Shown here: positions 1 through 11,968 of the stretch, piece after piece
Numbering within the stretch: position 1 is the first letter of the stretch
Layout of the letters: each line of letters starts with the position of its first letter
The notes under the pieces: model-generated
Database searches by the model: none
What the model was told of the DNA's origin: nothing
Seen by the model: the letters and a program-made list of their open reading frames with translations, nothing else
DNA from: Wickerhamiella versatilis
Taxonomy: Eukaryota
Reading direction: 5' to 3'
NCBI GenBank assembly: GCA_030867685.1
Contig: JAQOWU010000001.1
Span: forward strand, 868,001 to 932,000
Length of the DNA: 64,000 nucleotides
Made by a program: the position numbers and the translations under genes

Positions 1-36
1 AGAGATGATTACGTCACAATCTATCTTAAATTCATT

Positions 37-972
37 ATGCGTGACATTGCACGCGACGTTGCAAGGGGCAGCAATGTCCTTGAGATGGAATTGGTGAACC
101 ATCTGGATACACTAAGGCATGCCTCCCCAGGAGAGAATAAGATCACTTATGGGGATACCGTATTCCCCACCTTCTTATTCCTCTCAGGCCTAGGGCCTGT
201 GAAGCCAAAACGGTCAGCGACACTAGTAGGCCTTGGACTGGCCTACAATTGGCTGCAAGACAATGATAAGAGCAAGCTACGACTGTTTGGAGTCCTACAG
301 AGGATCGGTTTATCGGGGCTGCTGCTAGAAGCCGCCCATGGGACTACCAGCATTTGGTTTCCCACGGGCTGCTTGGCCTTATGGTCGCTGGTTACATATG
401 GATTAACTCCTACTAGGCCTTACGCATGCCAAACAAAATCAGCCCAGGGAATTTTAGATCAGCAAATCACCAAGTTGCTGCCATGGCTCAAGACATATGC
501 AGATGGCTTTGATCCCGAGGGTCTACTAGGAACTCTCACCTCGGCGGCCTCTCTATGGTTTGGTCACTGGCTTTCCTGTGCCTCTCTTTCGACTAAGCAG
601 TCATGGATACTTGGTACAGCCTTGACCGTGCTGGGAACATTGACTGGCCACTTCCTTGCAACCACATGTCCCACAAATAAGCCATACTGGACGCCCACAT
701 TTGCCGTTGCAACCAGTGGTATTGCCCTATTAAAACTGCAAACTGCACGAATAGTGGTGAGCTTGGTACCTAAGCCTTTTTATGTTTTGTGTGAAGTGCT
801 CGGGAAACGGTCGCTCGAGGTGTATTTGCTGTCAGCTATGGTTGATCAATCCCTTATTCGGGAAAGGCTCACCAAGAGGGTTGGTGCTGTGGCATCTGCG
901 GGAATCTGTGCTTCAGCGCTATCATTCGCTGCTTGGGTCCTTGTGAATTATAATATTCGAATTTCGGTGTAG
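37..972 (+). CDS. HGSNAT/NagX (DUF5009/DUF1624)-like membrane acyltransferase
   Basis: 311 aa hydrophobic ORF. Family-like motifs: DVARG..MELVN, DTVFPTFLFLSG, RLFGVLQRIG, FDPEGLLGTL, NKPYWTPTF. Confidence 0.75.
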   Translation: MRDIARDVARGSNVLEMELVNHLDTLRHASPGENKITYGDTVFPTFLFLSGLGPVKPKRSATLVGLGLAYNWLQDNDKSKLRLFGVLQRIGLSGLLLEAAHGTTSIWFPTGCLALWSLVTYGLTPTRPYACQTKSAQGILDQQITKLLPWLKTYADGFDPEGLLGTLTSAASLWFGHWLSCASLSTKQSWILGTALTVLGTLTGHFLATTCPTNKPYWTPTFAVATSGIALLKLQTARIVVSLVPKPFYVLCEVLGKRSLEVYLLSAMVDQSLIRERLTKRVGAVASAGICASALSFAAWVLVNYNIRISV

Positions 973-1997
973 TCTATTGGTCTAAAAGGACCATAAGACC
1001 CATTGAAAAAACTAAATATTATGGCCATTTCGCATAGCCAGTGGGTCATTATGTCTCTCAGTGCCAGCTTATCCGGGGAAGTGCTTTTGCACGCCCCCGA
1101 ATATCACGTATACAAGGTCATCGGGATTGTAGCCAGATCGAACATTCGCGCGCTCTGGTGCATTTTACATCAGATCTGCATTTTTCAGCTGCACTTTGGA
1201 TATTGAGGCCAGCATAGGATATTAGAGACTACACAATTGTTTTAGATTGGTGAACAAACTCTGTGGCCATGAGCTCAGTGTCATCCGGCCCGGGTTACGA
1301 CGTATCAAAGCCAGTTGTTTGACGCTGGGACTGCCATTGATACGTGCCAAGAACTGGCCAAACTTTTCAGCTGATTTCCTGAGCTTTGAATGTCTGGGCC
1401 TACGAGCGAGCTAAAATTGAGTCGTTTAATTGGCCATCCGGCTCCCAGAGAGCACGTGCATTTCTCATGGCGCACTGTCTTCCGCCGTGGTATATTATCG
1501 GTAAATAATTTAATTAATATGTTTAGTGTTCAAAAATTCAGTTGGCGGTACTGCGCATTTCCTTGCGAGGCTCTCATGCAAGGGAGCGAGCTGCCGAGCT
1601 ACGGCCTAATCCGGCCCGGCTCAACCCGACTAAATTCATAAGAGCAGGATGAGCCGACTAGTGTGAGACTGAGACTTGGCCATTGGCCAAAATAAGCTTA
1701 TTGTTTTAGAAAAAAGAATTATTCTGGGATTTCTGTGGCCTATAACTCCAGCACCACCACTTTTCGGTTGTCGCAGTCTGCCCTGACTAGTTGGACAATG
1801 CAAGATAGCCCACTATCCCTACTAGGCAGACAGGTTCATTCGATAACTTGATAAAAAGCTATTATTAAATTGATATCTTATCACTGTGTAACTCAGTGCA
1901 CAATACATAAATCTCGTGATTCTTCTACATGGTCCTGCCTCGGCTGAACGATGACTTGGTAAAGATGAAGTCCATTCATTGCAAGGTGTCATATCAA

Positions 1998-2840
1998 TCA
2001 AGCTAGAAGCCTATTTTGAATATCATTTAAAACATCACGTTCGTTGTGGGATAGCGTGAAATCACTTGGAATGTGCAACGTGATTCCGGAAATACTTGCT
2101 TTCATAGATTCATCCCCATGAAGCGTTGATGCAGCAGTTTGCGCCTTATCCTGCTTCTCAGTCTCATTCTCTTTGTCTTTTGTGTCTTCCTTCTTCTTTG
2201 GACGAGGCGGGAAGAACCAGTATCGGGGATACTGGCCATATATGTTGTTGACTACCAGGGCCACACCAAGAAATACCAGGCAATGAATTATGATTACAGC
2301 CAAGTAAAACCAGCTCAGTGACGTTACCTGTGGCACTACCGAGGGCAGCAGTGCAGTCGCGCCGCATGGAGGATGGGTAGTTCCTGTAATTTTCATAACG
2401 ACCGTCGCACACGACACTGCAAGAGCACCCGATATCCATAAATAGTCCTCCCCATGTGAATTTATGCAAAAAAGCCGCATAACCGAAACGCCAATAAGGG
2501 CACTCAGCATGTGGCCCAAAATAAAGTTACGAGGTTGCGAGAGCGGGGACGTAGGCTCACCATATAAAAGGACACTGGAAGCGCCAAACGAGGCAATTAG
2601 GTTATTATAGTTATGCTCCTGAAATAATGGTGCCCATTTTGCGAGAGCAGTATTTGTCAATACAGCCGAAAAGGTGCATAAAAACACCGAGAGAATGACT
2701 AGCCATTGGTTTTGTGGCGGCTTCCAGAGAGCTGGTCGAACCCCTAAAAACCAGCCTACCGGAACAGGCAATTTTTCAAGCGGATTTGGAACCTGGAAAT
2801 ATAAGAGGCGGTCCCACGTTTTTCTGTAAAACCCCGCCAT
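1998..2840 (-). CDS. HPP family membrane protein
   Basis: ASFGASSVLLYG, SPLSQPRN and THPPCGATAL motifs, with several TM segments. Confidence 0.9.
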   Translation of the reverse strand: MAGFYRKTWDRLLYFQVPNPLEKLPVPVGWFLGVRPALWKPPQNQWLVILSVFLCTFSAVLTNTALAKWAPLFQEHNYNNLIASFGASSVLLYGEPTSPLSQPRNFILGHMLSALIGVSVMRLFCINSHGEDYLWISGALAVSCATVVMKITGTTHPPCGATALLPSVVPQVTSLSWFYLAVIIIHCLVFLGVALVVNNIYGQYPRYWFFPPRPKKKEDTKDKENETEKQDKAQTAASTLHGDESMKASISGITLHIPSDFTLSHNERDVLNDIQNRLLA

Positions 2841-3029
2841 TTTTGACGGTTACCACCCGCTTATGTAACAAAAACTTGAATAAAATATTTATTTATTTAT
2901 ACTTCGGTTAACTCAGTTTCAGAGCTAGCGGGATGGTTAGTGGCAGTATAATTGATCAAACTGAAGTCTTATGCATACTATCTATTATAAAAGCTATCTA
3001 GGTATTAGTCTCTTCACCCCAAACAAACT

Positions 3030-3058
3030 GAATCGAATCGAATCGAATCGAATCGAAT
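3030..3058. repeat. (GAATC)n microsatellite, about 6 copies
   Basis: gaatcgaatcgaatcgaatcgaatcgaat read directly. Confidence 0.95.
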
Positions 3059-3443
3059 TGGAGTGAAGGACACCAGACAGAGTGACTTCTAGTAGTAATA
3101 ATACCTCCATACTTAAAAATGCTTCTAAAATATTCTCTAACTCACACCTTAACCAATATTTTCTGGTCCATTTGGGCAATGTACAATGCAGGTGAATGTG
3201 CCTGCATACCATAAATCGCGGCTATGGAGTTGCTGCCCAACTCCGTTGCACAATGTATGTTAACATTCACACTTAGAAGACCCTTCTTTAAGCAATGAGT
3301 ATAAATGATTGCCTTTTAGAACTAATTGTGTCTGGTAATTGTATGCTTCAAGGTTTAGGGTGACAACATGTGCAAGGCAGAACTGCCTAAATTGGAAATA
3401 CGGGAGTTTAAAGCAGGATACTAAGGGAAATCAAATAACTGCA

Positions 3444-4946
3444 ATGCATTCAGTCTCAGCCATCTCCCTGACAGTAGCTTTCCTGGCGGTTGCCGTGTTT
3501 GCCCACGGGCCCCAAGCCCCATATAGCCAGGACTTCACAGAAAATTATAACGTGCTCAAGTTTCTTGGAAATGGTGGGCCATATAATAATCGTCGTGGCC
3601 TAGGAATTAGCTTGGATGCACCTGAGGGTTGCTCAGTTGACCAGATTTCGTTTATCATGCGCCATGGTGAACGGTATCCAGATCCGGGCCCTCTCTCTGA
3701 ATTAGAAGCGGTATGGGGAAAACTGGAGAGCCGCAAAGGAAATTATATTAATGAACTCGAATTTCTTAATAAATGGGAGCCATATGTATACTCAGATAGT
3801 CCGTTTGTCGCCGAGGAGTCTACTGCCGGACCCTACGCAGGACTGCTCACTGGCTATCACGCCGGAAGCATCTACGCTCAGCGCTACGGCCACCTATGGA
3901 ATCGCCAATCCATCACCCCAGTATTCGCTTCAGGGAGTGAGCGTATTGTTGACACAGCACGTCGCTTCGTCGAGGGCTTCTTTGGCTATAACTTCTCAGC
4001 AGCCGCGATCAACATTATCCCAGAAGTTGCGAGCCAGGGAGCCAACACCCTGGTTACAATTTGCAATAATGCCTCCATAGAGCAGCCGGACAAGTCTGCG
4101 TGTTCAGGCAAAGGCGACTACCCGCCCTTCTACGCCCTTGCCAATAAATGGAACAAGAACTACGGTCTCAACCTTACGTGGTATGATATTTCTAACCTGT
4201 GCCTGTCTACCGCTTATGAACTCAACGTGCGTGGTGAGTCTCCGTGGGTGAAGGCCATCCCACAAGATGTGTGGGTTGCCTATGAGCACCGGTTGTCCTC
4301 CTCGTTTTGGTGCTCAAATGGCCCTGGATCTCCCACAGCTCTCGCAAGAGGATCTAACTGGGTAAATGCCACTCGCCAGGTGCTACTCGAGGGGCCTGAA
4401 AAATCATTGCCTCTAGTCTTTACTTTTGCTCATGAGACCGATATCGCACCAATCCTCGCTTTCCTCGGAATTGACGCCGCTCCAAATACCAACACCAGCC
4501 ATTTCCAGGCAGATGCTGGCTATCATCTCTCTGATGTTGTTCCCATGGGGAGCCGCCTTGTTCTCGAGCGTCTTGTTTGCACAACGAATCAGGATGGAGA
4601 TATTAATCCATATGCATTTGATGGCTCCAAAATCAGCCCAAACGTAACCAATGCGAACGGTGGAAAAAGCTATTACATACGTGCAATTTCCAACGACGCA
4701 GTTGTGCCCCTGAAAGAATGTCAGTCGGGGCCTGGTTACTCCTGCCCTCTCCAAGAGTACAGTGACTTTGTCGATCGTCGTCTAGCTGGACGCGAGTTCT
4801 CAAGAGTCTGCAATTTGACCGAGGGTGCACCGAGATACCTCGACTTCTTCTGGAACTACAACATAACCACCGGGCTCAACCGCATCAACGAAACTATTTC
4901 ATATCAGGCATATCTCCTCAACTACTTGGGTCAATCCATTTCTTAA
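3444..4946 (+). CDS. Secreted histidine acid phosphatase / phytase
   Basis: RHGERYP catalytic motif and C-terminal AHETD (HD position). Signal peptide MHSVSAISLTVAFLAVAVFA starts at ATG 3444; the ORF-track start at 3339 is TTG. Many N-X-S/T sequons. Confidence 0.93.
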   Translation: MHSVSAISLTVAFLAVAVFAHGPQAPYSQDFTENYNVLKFLGNGGPYNNRRGLGISLDAPEGCSVDQISFIMRHGERYPDPGPLSELEAVWGKLESRKGNYINELEFLNKWEPYVYSDSPFVAEESTAGPYAGLLTGYHAGSIYAQRYGHLWNRQSITPVFASGSERIVDTARRFVEGFFGYNFSAAAINIIPEVASQGANTLVTICNNASIEQPDKSACSGKGDYPPFYALANKWNKNYGLNLTWYDISNLCLSTAYELNVRGESPWVKAIPQDVWVAYEHRLSSSFWCSNGPGSPTALARGSNWVNATRQVLLEGPEKSLPLVFTFAHETDIAPILAFLGIDAAPNTNTSHFQADAGYHLSDVVPMGSRLVLERLVCTTNQDGDINPYAFDGSKISPNVTNANGGKSYYIRAISNDAVVPLKECQSGPGYSCPLQEYSDFVDRRLAGREFSRVCNLTEGAPRYLDFFWNYNITTGLNRINETISYQAYLLNYLGQSIS

Positions 4947-5061
4947 GATTTACGATGATTAAACGCTAACTATTCCATTCCTGATCTTAAACCAATCCGT
5001 AAATCTATATAAATAGGAATGCTTGAGGAACTACTATAGTGTCCAACAATAATTGCCGAAA

Positions 5062-6441
5062 TCACATGAAGGGCTCAAATAATTTACCCATTTCAGTACC
5101 ATTTCCATTGAACAAAGGATGGGGCATCGTCTGTGATGTGTAGCTAGAGGCATCTATTGGTGGTGCCTCGTAAACGAATCCAGATCCAGACAGTCCAGGA
5201 TAAACGATATAATCGTTGGAATCAGCATATGGTTCAAGAGTGAGTTCTTGATCTATCACATTGCTCTTCATATATTCGTTTATCGGTGCTCTGCCCACAT
5301 CCACTTGAGTCGGTGGTGGTTGGACGCTTTCTTCAGATATAGCACTCGTCGCTACGTCCAAATCGGTTGATCGATCAGATGGGATCTCAAGCTGTCTCGA
5401 CCTACCAGAGAACCGACACAGCACGCCATGAAGACACCAGGGATAGCCGTCAGGTCGTTGCTCGAATCGGGTAGAGGCCAAATAGAAATATGAGAGACAA
5501 ATCGCCTTGGCCTGCTGATCCCCTTCCTGCAATTTATCCAAAATATAGCTATTCACCATAGCGGGGAACAAGAGCATATTAAGTGGTACATCGGGCTCCC
5601 ACAGCCTGACCAGGAAGCTATTCAGAATCCTTAGCGGCTCGTAATAAGGTGATGAATTAGGGACACCTCGCAATGACTCAAGCTCGGGAACAAAACCAAA
5701 TATTGGTGATAGTTCCGTGAGTTGACAACTTTGAACCCCCAAAATCAACTCTCTGTTCAATCGTCCTGTCAGAGTGTGCCTCACCATGGTTGGGGGGAGC
5801 TTTGCCACGACAGAAAGCAGGCTTGATGCAGGATACCGTGCTGCTCTAATCCAGTATGCCATGAAAGACACCGTATTGCTGTCCTCAACGTGTTGCTTGT
5901 CGGCAATCATGGTGAGCAGCAGTAGTATGAGCGTCGATTCCACAGCATGGGCATTGTTCCGCTTAACAGGAGGTAGCATGTTCATTGCCTCATTTTGATG
6001 CTTCACTGCAACAGTTTTGTATACATCGGGCTCGCTTTGAGCTAGATGGGCTGCTGAAATCATCAGGATTGCATGAAGGAGAAAAGGGTGCTTGAAACTC
6101 AATTCAGGCACAGACACCTGCCAATGATTCAGGTCTTCGATGCCCAAGTCAGCAATAGTGGAGGCAACCGTCGTTGAATAGTTGAAAAAGAGCTTTAGAT
6201 TGAGAATATCGCTCTGCCTGCTGTCGTTGGCATTCGACGAATGGGGAGTATATTCGCACTTGAGCCGTAGTCTCTCACAATTATTGCACGAAGGACGACT
6301 CTCATCGCATTTTACATGTCTCCGCTTGCAGCACAGGCATCCAGCACGGCTCTTATTATGCCGGCGTCGTCTCTCTTGCTTAAGATGGAATGGGTCGTCA
6401 TGAATGACCGTCTCTGTCCCAGGACTCCTTTTTGTGGTCAT
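5062..6441 (-). CDS. Zn2Cys6 transcription factor (Upc2/Ecm22-like architecture)
   Basis: HNKSRAGCLCCKRRHVKCDESRPSCNNCERLRLKC cluster, plus a fungal TF region (HPFLLHAILMISAAHL). First ATG at 6441. Confidence 0.9.
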   Translation of the reverse strand: MTTKRSPGTETVIHDDPFHLKQERRRRHNKSRAGCLCCKRRHVKCDESRPSCNNCERLRLKCEYTPHSSNANDSRQSDILNLKLFFNYSTTVASTIADLGIEDLNHWQVSVPELSFKHPFLLHAILMISAAHLAQSEPDVYKTVAVKHQNEAMNMLPPVKRNNAHAVESTLILLLLTMIADKQHVEDSNTVSFMAYWIRAARYPASSLLSVVAKLPPTMVRHTLTGRLNRELILGVQSCQLTELSPIFGFVPELESLRGVPNSSPYYEPLRILNSFLVRLWEPDVPLNMLLFPAMVNSYILDKLQEGDQQAKAICLSYFYLASTRFEQRPDGYPWCLHGVLCRFSGRSRQLEIPSDRSTDLDVATSAISEESVQPPPTQVDVGRAPINEYMKSNVIDQELTLEPYADSNDYIVYPGLSGSGFVYEAPPIDASSYTSQTMPHPLFNGNGTEMGKLFEPFM

Positions 6442-8028
6442 AGTAGGGACACACAAAGTAACCTGGGTTATTGGCTAATAGGGGGGATTGCGGCAATGAC
6501 AGAAAGTAATTTGACAATATGACTCGTCTTAATAATAACCTGGATTTTATGTATCGAGCGTGAATAATATATGATGTTGCATCAAATTAGTGAATAGATT
6601 GAATGAAATCAGTGGATAGATTAAATCAGAAAGTCATAGGAGTCCCTAAATAATATTCATTACGGTGGACATAACCGAGATATGCCCAATATATGTCTTC
6701 TACCATCGAGAGCAGCCATGTTGCCCAATTCTCCACACGATGTAAGCCAGGTTTACCCTGGCCCAGGAAGGCATGGCAAAGTCTACCCTAACCATACTAG
6801 CATACCCTACAGCTACGCCTTTCGAATCGGCGTATTCTGTCGCCGACCCGGCACCGAATCGAGCAGGGACAGATGAGCCATTGAAAGGGAAAGGCGAATT
6901 AAAACAATTGGTATGATCTAAATGGAATTTGCGGGGTCACATGCCCGTGCCTCTCACCTAACATCAAGGGTAACGCAATAGAGTCTCAGTAAAATTTTAT
7001 AAATTCCCGGGAACTTTACAAATACATTGACCCGAGCAGGGCAAGGAACAAATACAACAGCCCCATCAATTCATACCAATCAGTAGATTCGGGTTATCAG
7101 CTAAAGATTTAGCATGCCATAATGGTAGTGTTGTCCTAGCTCATATATATCCAGAAATCCCGCAGATTCATGTAAGTTCTAGCACATTAACAGGATTCAA
7201 ATTATTCAACTTCAGATTCGGACAGACCAGCCCTGAAGTTGAAGCGCCTATCTTTATATAAGCTGTTGCCCATGGAAAATCATCTGTTGTTGACTTAGAT
7301 GTGCACAGCAAAGCTGTCAGCAACACACGTCAGCAATAACATATTACACTGGGCATGGTTCTCATGCTATCGCCGCTCAAAATATTCTCTGCGCTTCCAG
7401 TCGAAGATTCGGTACCTAGGAAGCATGGTGAAATATATCTAGCATAAAAAAGGCCCGTTTAAATATATGATAGTAGAGGCAAACGCTCTTATTCGCCGCA
7501 AACTAGAAGCTGCTTGGGACGTTTACTTGAAGAGTTACTACTTAAGGTAATCGAGTGGCAACATATATCTATTCTCCTTGGAGCAACTAGCACTAGAAAT
7601 GACCCGGCATGAATAGATGCTTTGTCCTTGTTTCTATGGCGCCGAAGCACTGCCAGCCAAACATAATGTACAAAGGCAGTGAGTTACCGGGAAAGACAGT
7701 CAAACCAACCTATTATCTCAGTTGATGAGCGCTGCAACCATATCATTGAAAAAATTTTGATAATTTCATATCACAGCTGTGTCTGTCAACTGGCTTCTCA
7801 AGCCACACAGCACTTGCGTTTTCCACGTGGCCTACGGCTTATTGATAGGATTTATTGCAGTCTAAAACCGTCTACAACGATTCTTGAAAAAATAAAAGCT
7901 ATCCGTCATAATTGAGTAAAGATGGTGCGATCTCCGGTTAAAGTTTACAGTTGTGCTGAGATTGTTACCTGCACATGAATTTATAATCAGTGCATACAGA
8001 ACATACCACTAGTCTCCCTATTCCAACC

Positions 8029-8064
8029 TGACTCTGATGACTCTGATGACTCTGCTGACTCTGC
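8029..8064. repeat. 9-bp tandem repeat (TGACTCTGA/C) x4
   Basis: tgactctgatgactctgatgactctgctgactctgc read directly. Confidence 0.9.
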
Positions 8065-9307
8065 ATATCTCTAGTGGCATGGTATGTCAGTAATCTCTAG
8101 TATAATCACGTCGCGTTGAAAGGATGAATCTCTGGTGATCTATTTTATTCGAAATCGTTGCATCTATAGAATGGGATAGGGCTCCATTTTGATCTCCATG
8201 GTAAGGAAAAGATTACTCCGTTCCGAGGCAACGCTGGCCGCCTACTCAACATTTAGCTGTAAATCGGTGGTGCAAATCTGCAAGTCACCGTGCATTAACC
8301 AGCGCACATGTGATTTTCGAGGCAAAGCTAAGCCAAACTGTCCAGAAGCCATCAAAAACACTTCGCAGAGCATAGAATTCCTCGCAGTAATCATAATTAT
8401 CTTCCAGTATCTTCACGTGAGTGAGTGAGTGTTTACGTATGTTCATTATAAATTGGGCAATCTTGCATTGCCAATCGAGGTTGTGGTCTAGCCTGAACCT
8501 TTTTTTCGTCTGACGCACATGTCATATGGCGAGAAACACAACAAATTCAAGCTAGGTCGCTAACTCGCTAGCCGCCAATCATGAAGGCAGTAGAGCCGCG
8601 GCACTGACGGAGAGGTCCAGTTGGGTTCGTGAGTGACGCTAGAACCCCTGATCGGCACGCTGCAGATGAATACTTAAGCACACATAGCCCCTACAGATTA
8701 ACATCCTTAGCAATAATTCATTTATACTACCCGCAGAGTCATCAGAGCCTAGAATATTCCTACCATTGTCGTCATTAAATCGTCTGCGGCCCTGAATATC
8801 TCGGTTCGGCTGGGTATGTAATCCCGAAATCTGTAAAAAAATTACTCATCTTCGGAATTAACGGAAATGTTTCCCGTTCGATTCGCCCAAAAATTACTTT
8901 AAACCTTCGAAGGCATGCCAAAAAAAATATCCCACATTCAGATCAAGTGTTGTAAAGTGTACAGCTTTGGAGAACGGGGCTTTATACTTATGCATACCAG
9001 CAGCAACGTTGTTAGGGTAACGAGAAATATCCGATGACTAGCTAGAAAAAGTGGGGAAAAAAGATTGTTTTTCGCACAACATGCCTATCTTTATGGGGTA
9101 ATTAATTGTTTTTCGAAGGCTATTCAAGGAGCAATACTATCTTATGTATAAAGAAAGGGATAGTACATGCGTCGATTACGTGTACCATGTCGTGTGACTC
9201 CTCAGCTAGATTTATATTGGGATTTCTAGGGCCAGGTTTGGGAAAGCTGTGTAAAGAGGCTTTTGGCTCAGCCTGAGTAAAGCGAAGCAGGCTAGAAATA
9301 TCATTGC

Positions 9308-11032
9308 ATGCTTGTGCGGTGGAAGCCGTCGTGGGGGACTCGGTTGCTACCACGAACCAATGCGGATTTCATTTTGCGTATCCTTCTTACTGTTGCTGTA
9401 TTAATTACGGTATGGCTTACTTCAACGCAAGGAGAGACTATTAAATTATTTCTAGTCCGCCAACCGTCAAAGATCGATGGGTTTCTCCAGTATGGCGGAC
9501 CAAGAAACACTTCCCAACGATTAGATGAACTCCGTCAGGGTAAAAAATCTTTCGATTGGGACGACTGGTTGGACTTGAACATTACTGAAGCTTTCCATAA
9601 TGGTCGGCTCAAGAAAAGTGCCCATCCTAATATTGTCGGAAAGAGTCTAAGTGATTTGAGCTTTCCCCCGAGTGCAAAGTCCACCTCCTCGGAAAATGCA
9701 ATGCTAGGCAGCCTGTTCACGAGATACAACATGTCCAACCCCTCACGTATCATTGTGCTGGGGGACGCTGGAAACCCAGAAACCAGAGGAACGTTCGAGG
9801 TTTTCAATTTGGAGTCTGGCGACGACCAGAAATGCCATCGGCAGTACGGTCACAAATCCTGCTCATCACCTCCAGAGATAACTCGATCGACGATTGAGAA
9901 GATGGATAGAACGGATGGCATACCACCCGCCTCGGACATCTTGACAGTGGACGTTCCCAGTGATGCATTTGTTTGGGATCATGAGGCCCGGAAACGAGAC
10001 GCCGAGTCAAAGTTGTCTGGGGACAATGCCGACGCAAAGTCCTACGCGACCACCTTGCTTGAGGCCCTTTCACACAAGGAAGAAGCATCAAAATACTTTT
10101 ACGAAGTGAATTTGATGTATGATCCCGTGGGCTATGGCACACATTATGATTGGCGTTTCTTTAGGGGTGTCGCCGGTTACGAGGAGCACAGTAAGAGTAT
10201 TCACCATGCCAACCGGGCCTGGGCGCAGTTTGCCGATGCGGTCGGCCTGGCATACTGGTTTGCGCATGGATCGCTGCTAGGCTGGTGGTGGAACGGATTG
10301 ACCATGCCATGGGATCCTGATAGCGATATTCAAATGCCCATCGAAGAGCTCGATCGTCTCGCCACCATTTTTAATGGGACGCTTGTGGTAACCAGCCCCA
10401 GCGAGGGGAGCAAGATGTTCTACGTCGACGTGAGTCCTTGGTACGTGGAACGAACCAATGAAAATGGTCAAAACAATATTGACGCGCGTTTTATCGATGT
10501 ATCTCGTGGTACATATATTGACATAACAGGTCTTGCATACACATCCAAAAAACACAGCGTTAATTGCAAGAATAAGCTGTTCTACAAGCTCTCTGTCTTG
10601 TCCCCCCTGCGGCGAACCTTGTTTGAAGGGACTCCAGCAATGGTCCCTAATGATAATACCAAAATCCTGCGAGGAGAGTACCGTTACTTCGACAACACTA
10701 CATTCAATAGTTGGAGTTTTAACCAAAAGGTCCAGCTTTGGCAAAATGACATTTCGTGCGAAGATTATCTGAAAATATTTGACAGTAAGGCGCAGGTTTA
10801 CTGCTTTCCCCATGATATACTTCCCCCTGAACAATGTGATTACGCGTTATTTGATACCTGCGATCAGGCCACAATAGATTTATTTAATGCAACACAAGAC
10901 ATCACCCGGGCGCATCGGGTAGAGTTCGACTTATGGGACAAAATACATTCAGACAACTCTGAAGAAAAAAATGAGGTGTTAGTTAATGAGTTGGCTGGGC
11001 TTTTGGATAAGTACCATCCGCCAGTTAACTAG
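9308..11032 (+). CDS. LicD-family Mnn4-like mannosylphosphorylation protein (type II membrane)
   Basis: N-terminal TM anchor. Motifs HYDWRFF, WFAHGSLLGWWWNGLTMPWDPDSDIQM, NNIDARFID, YIDITGL. Confidence 0.9.
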   Translation: MLVRWKPSWGTRLLPRTNADFILRILLTVAVLITVWLTSTQGETIKLFLVRQPSKIDGFLQYGGPRNTSQRLDELRQGKKSFDWDDWLDLNITEAFHNGRLKKSAHPNIVGKSLSDLSFPPSAKSTSSENAMLGSLFTRYNMSNPSRIIVLGDAGNPETRGTFEVFNLESGDDQKCHRQYGHKSCSSPPEITRSTIEKMDRTDGIPPASDILTVDVPSDAFVWDHEARKRDAESKLSGDNADAKSYATTLLEALSHKEEASKYFYEVNLMYDPVGYGTHYDWRFFRGVAGYEEHSKSIHHANRAWAQFADAVGLAYWFAHGSLLGWWWNGLTMPWDPDSDIQMPIEELDRLATIFNGTLVVTSPSEGSKMFYVDVSPWYVERTNENGQNNIDARFIDVSRGTYIDITGLAYTSKKHSVNCKNKLFYKLSVLSPLRRTLFEGTPAMVPNDNTKILRGEYRYFDNTTFNSWSFNQKVQLWQNDISCEDYLKIFDSKAQVYCFPHDILPPEQCDYALFDTCDQATIDLFNATQDITRAHRVEFDLWDKIHSDNSEEKNEVLVNELAGLLDKYHPPVN

Positions 11033-11968
11033 CGGCTCCCGCATATATTTCCTTCTTTGGCTGACTATGACATGCTCAAAGAGGACATTACACAACCCTT
11101 GTGTGCCCATGCATCTGTTTTATAGGATCTTAAGCATGTAAAATACGAGATTAAAGACAAATGAGTTCGCTAATAATCCAGTAGTGCCAGTGGTTAGCAA
11201 CTGTAGGACTAAAATTGATAAACTAGGATCTTAATCGAATATACGTAACTTGCCAAGGAACAGAAAATTAATTGCTGTGGTAACTAAAATTTTGATTTTC
11301 TCGCATATTAAGCTCAAGGCATATTCATATTCCTACCGCAATACATACGAGATCTAACTTATATTACTAAACATGACATCATTCTCAACGATTTTTGTAA
11401 ATAAAGTATTATTGCTTTCCGACGCATCATTTTTTCCCTTAGGCCGATAAAAAGTGTTTCGTTCTGTCGGACTGCTTTTCGTGGCAAAGAATAAGTCTAG
11501 TTTTCTAAAACATGGTTACCTCCCATTCTGTTCTACAAACTCCTGCTCGGTAGTATTTGAGGAGACTGATTTCTGAAATGACCATGTAATTCATATTGGA
11601 TGCTTTTATACCCCATGATTTTATACAATGTTACACACCCTGTTTAACAACCGCAATGAAGTCCGACCTGGCGGGCAGATATGTCAGCATTCATAGTGTT
11701 AATGTTACGGCGAATTCGCTGCAAAAAATGGTGGGCAACTAGGTGTTAAAGGATGTTATATGTACTTCCAAGCTCTATAGCACACCTAAAGTAGATCTGA
11801 TGTCGTCATACTCTAAAGCCATAGGCTCCTTAGTGATTTGCTTGCTGGTGTACAAGTTATGCGTAAATTACAACCCTTGCCCAAAGATCGTTGCTGTCAT
11901 GTCAGGAAAAAATACAACTCCCAAAGCTACTTATATTTCTTTGCATTGCTGATAATATATTTAGTAAA

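Noticed and set aside
1003-1800. Short ORFs and possible degenerate retroelement or gene remnants between the first two genes
   Set aside because: No LTRs, terminal repeats or convincing protein motifs.
7355-7447. 30-codon ORF MVLMLSPLKIFSALPVEDSVPRKHGEIYLA downstream of a TATA-like sequence
   Set aside because: Too short, weak signal-peptide character, and compatible with chance.
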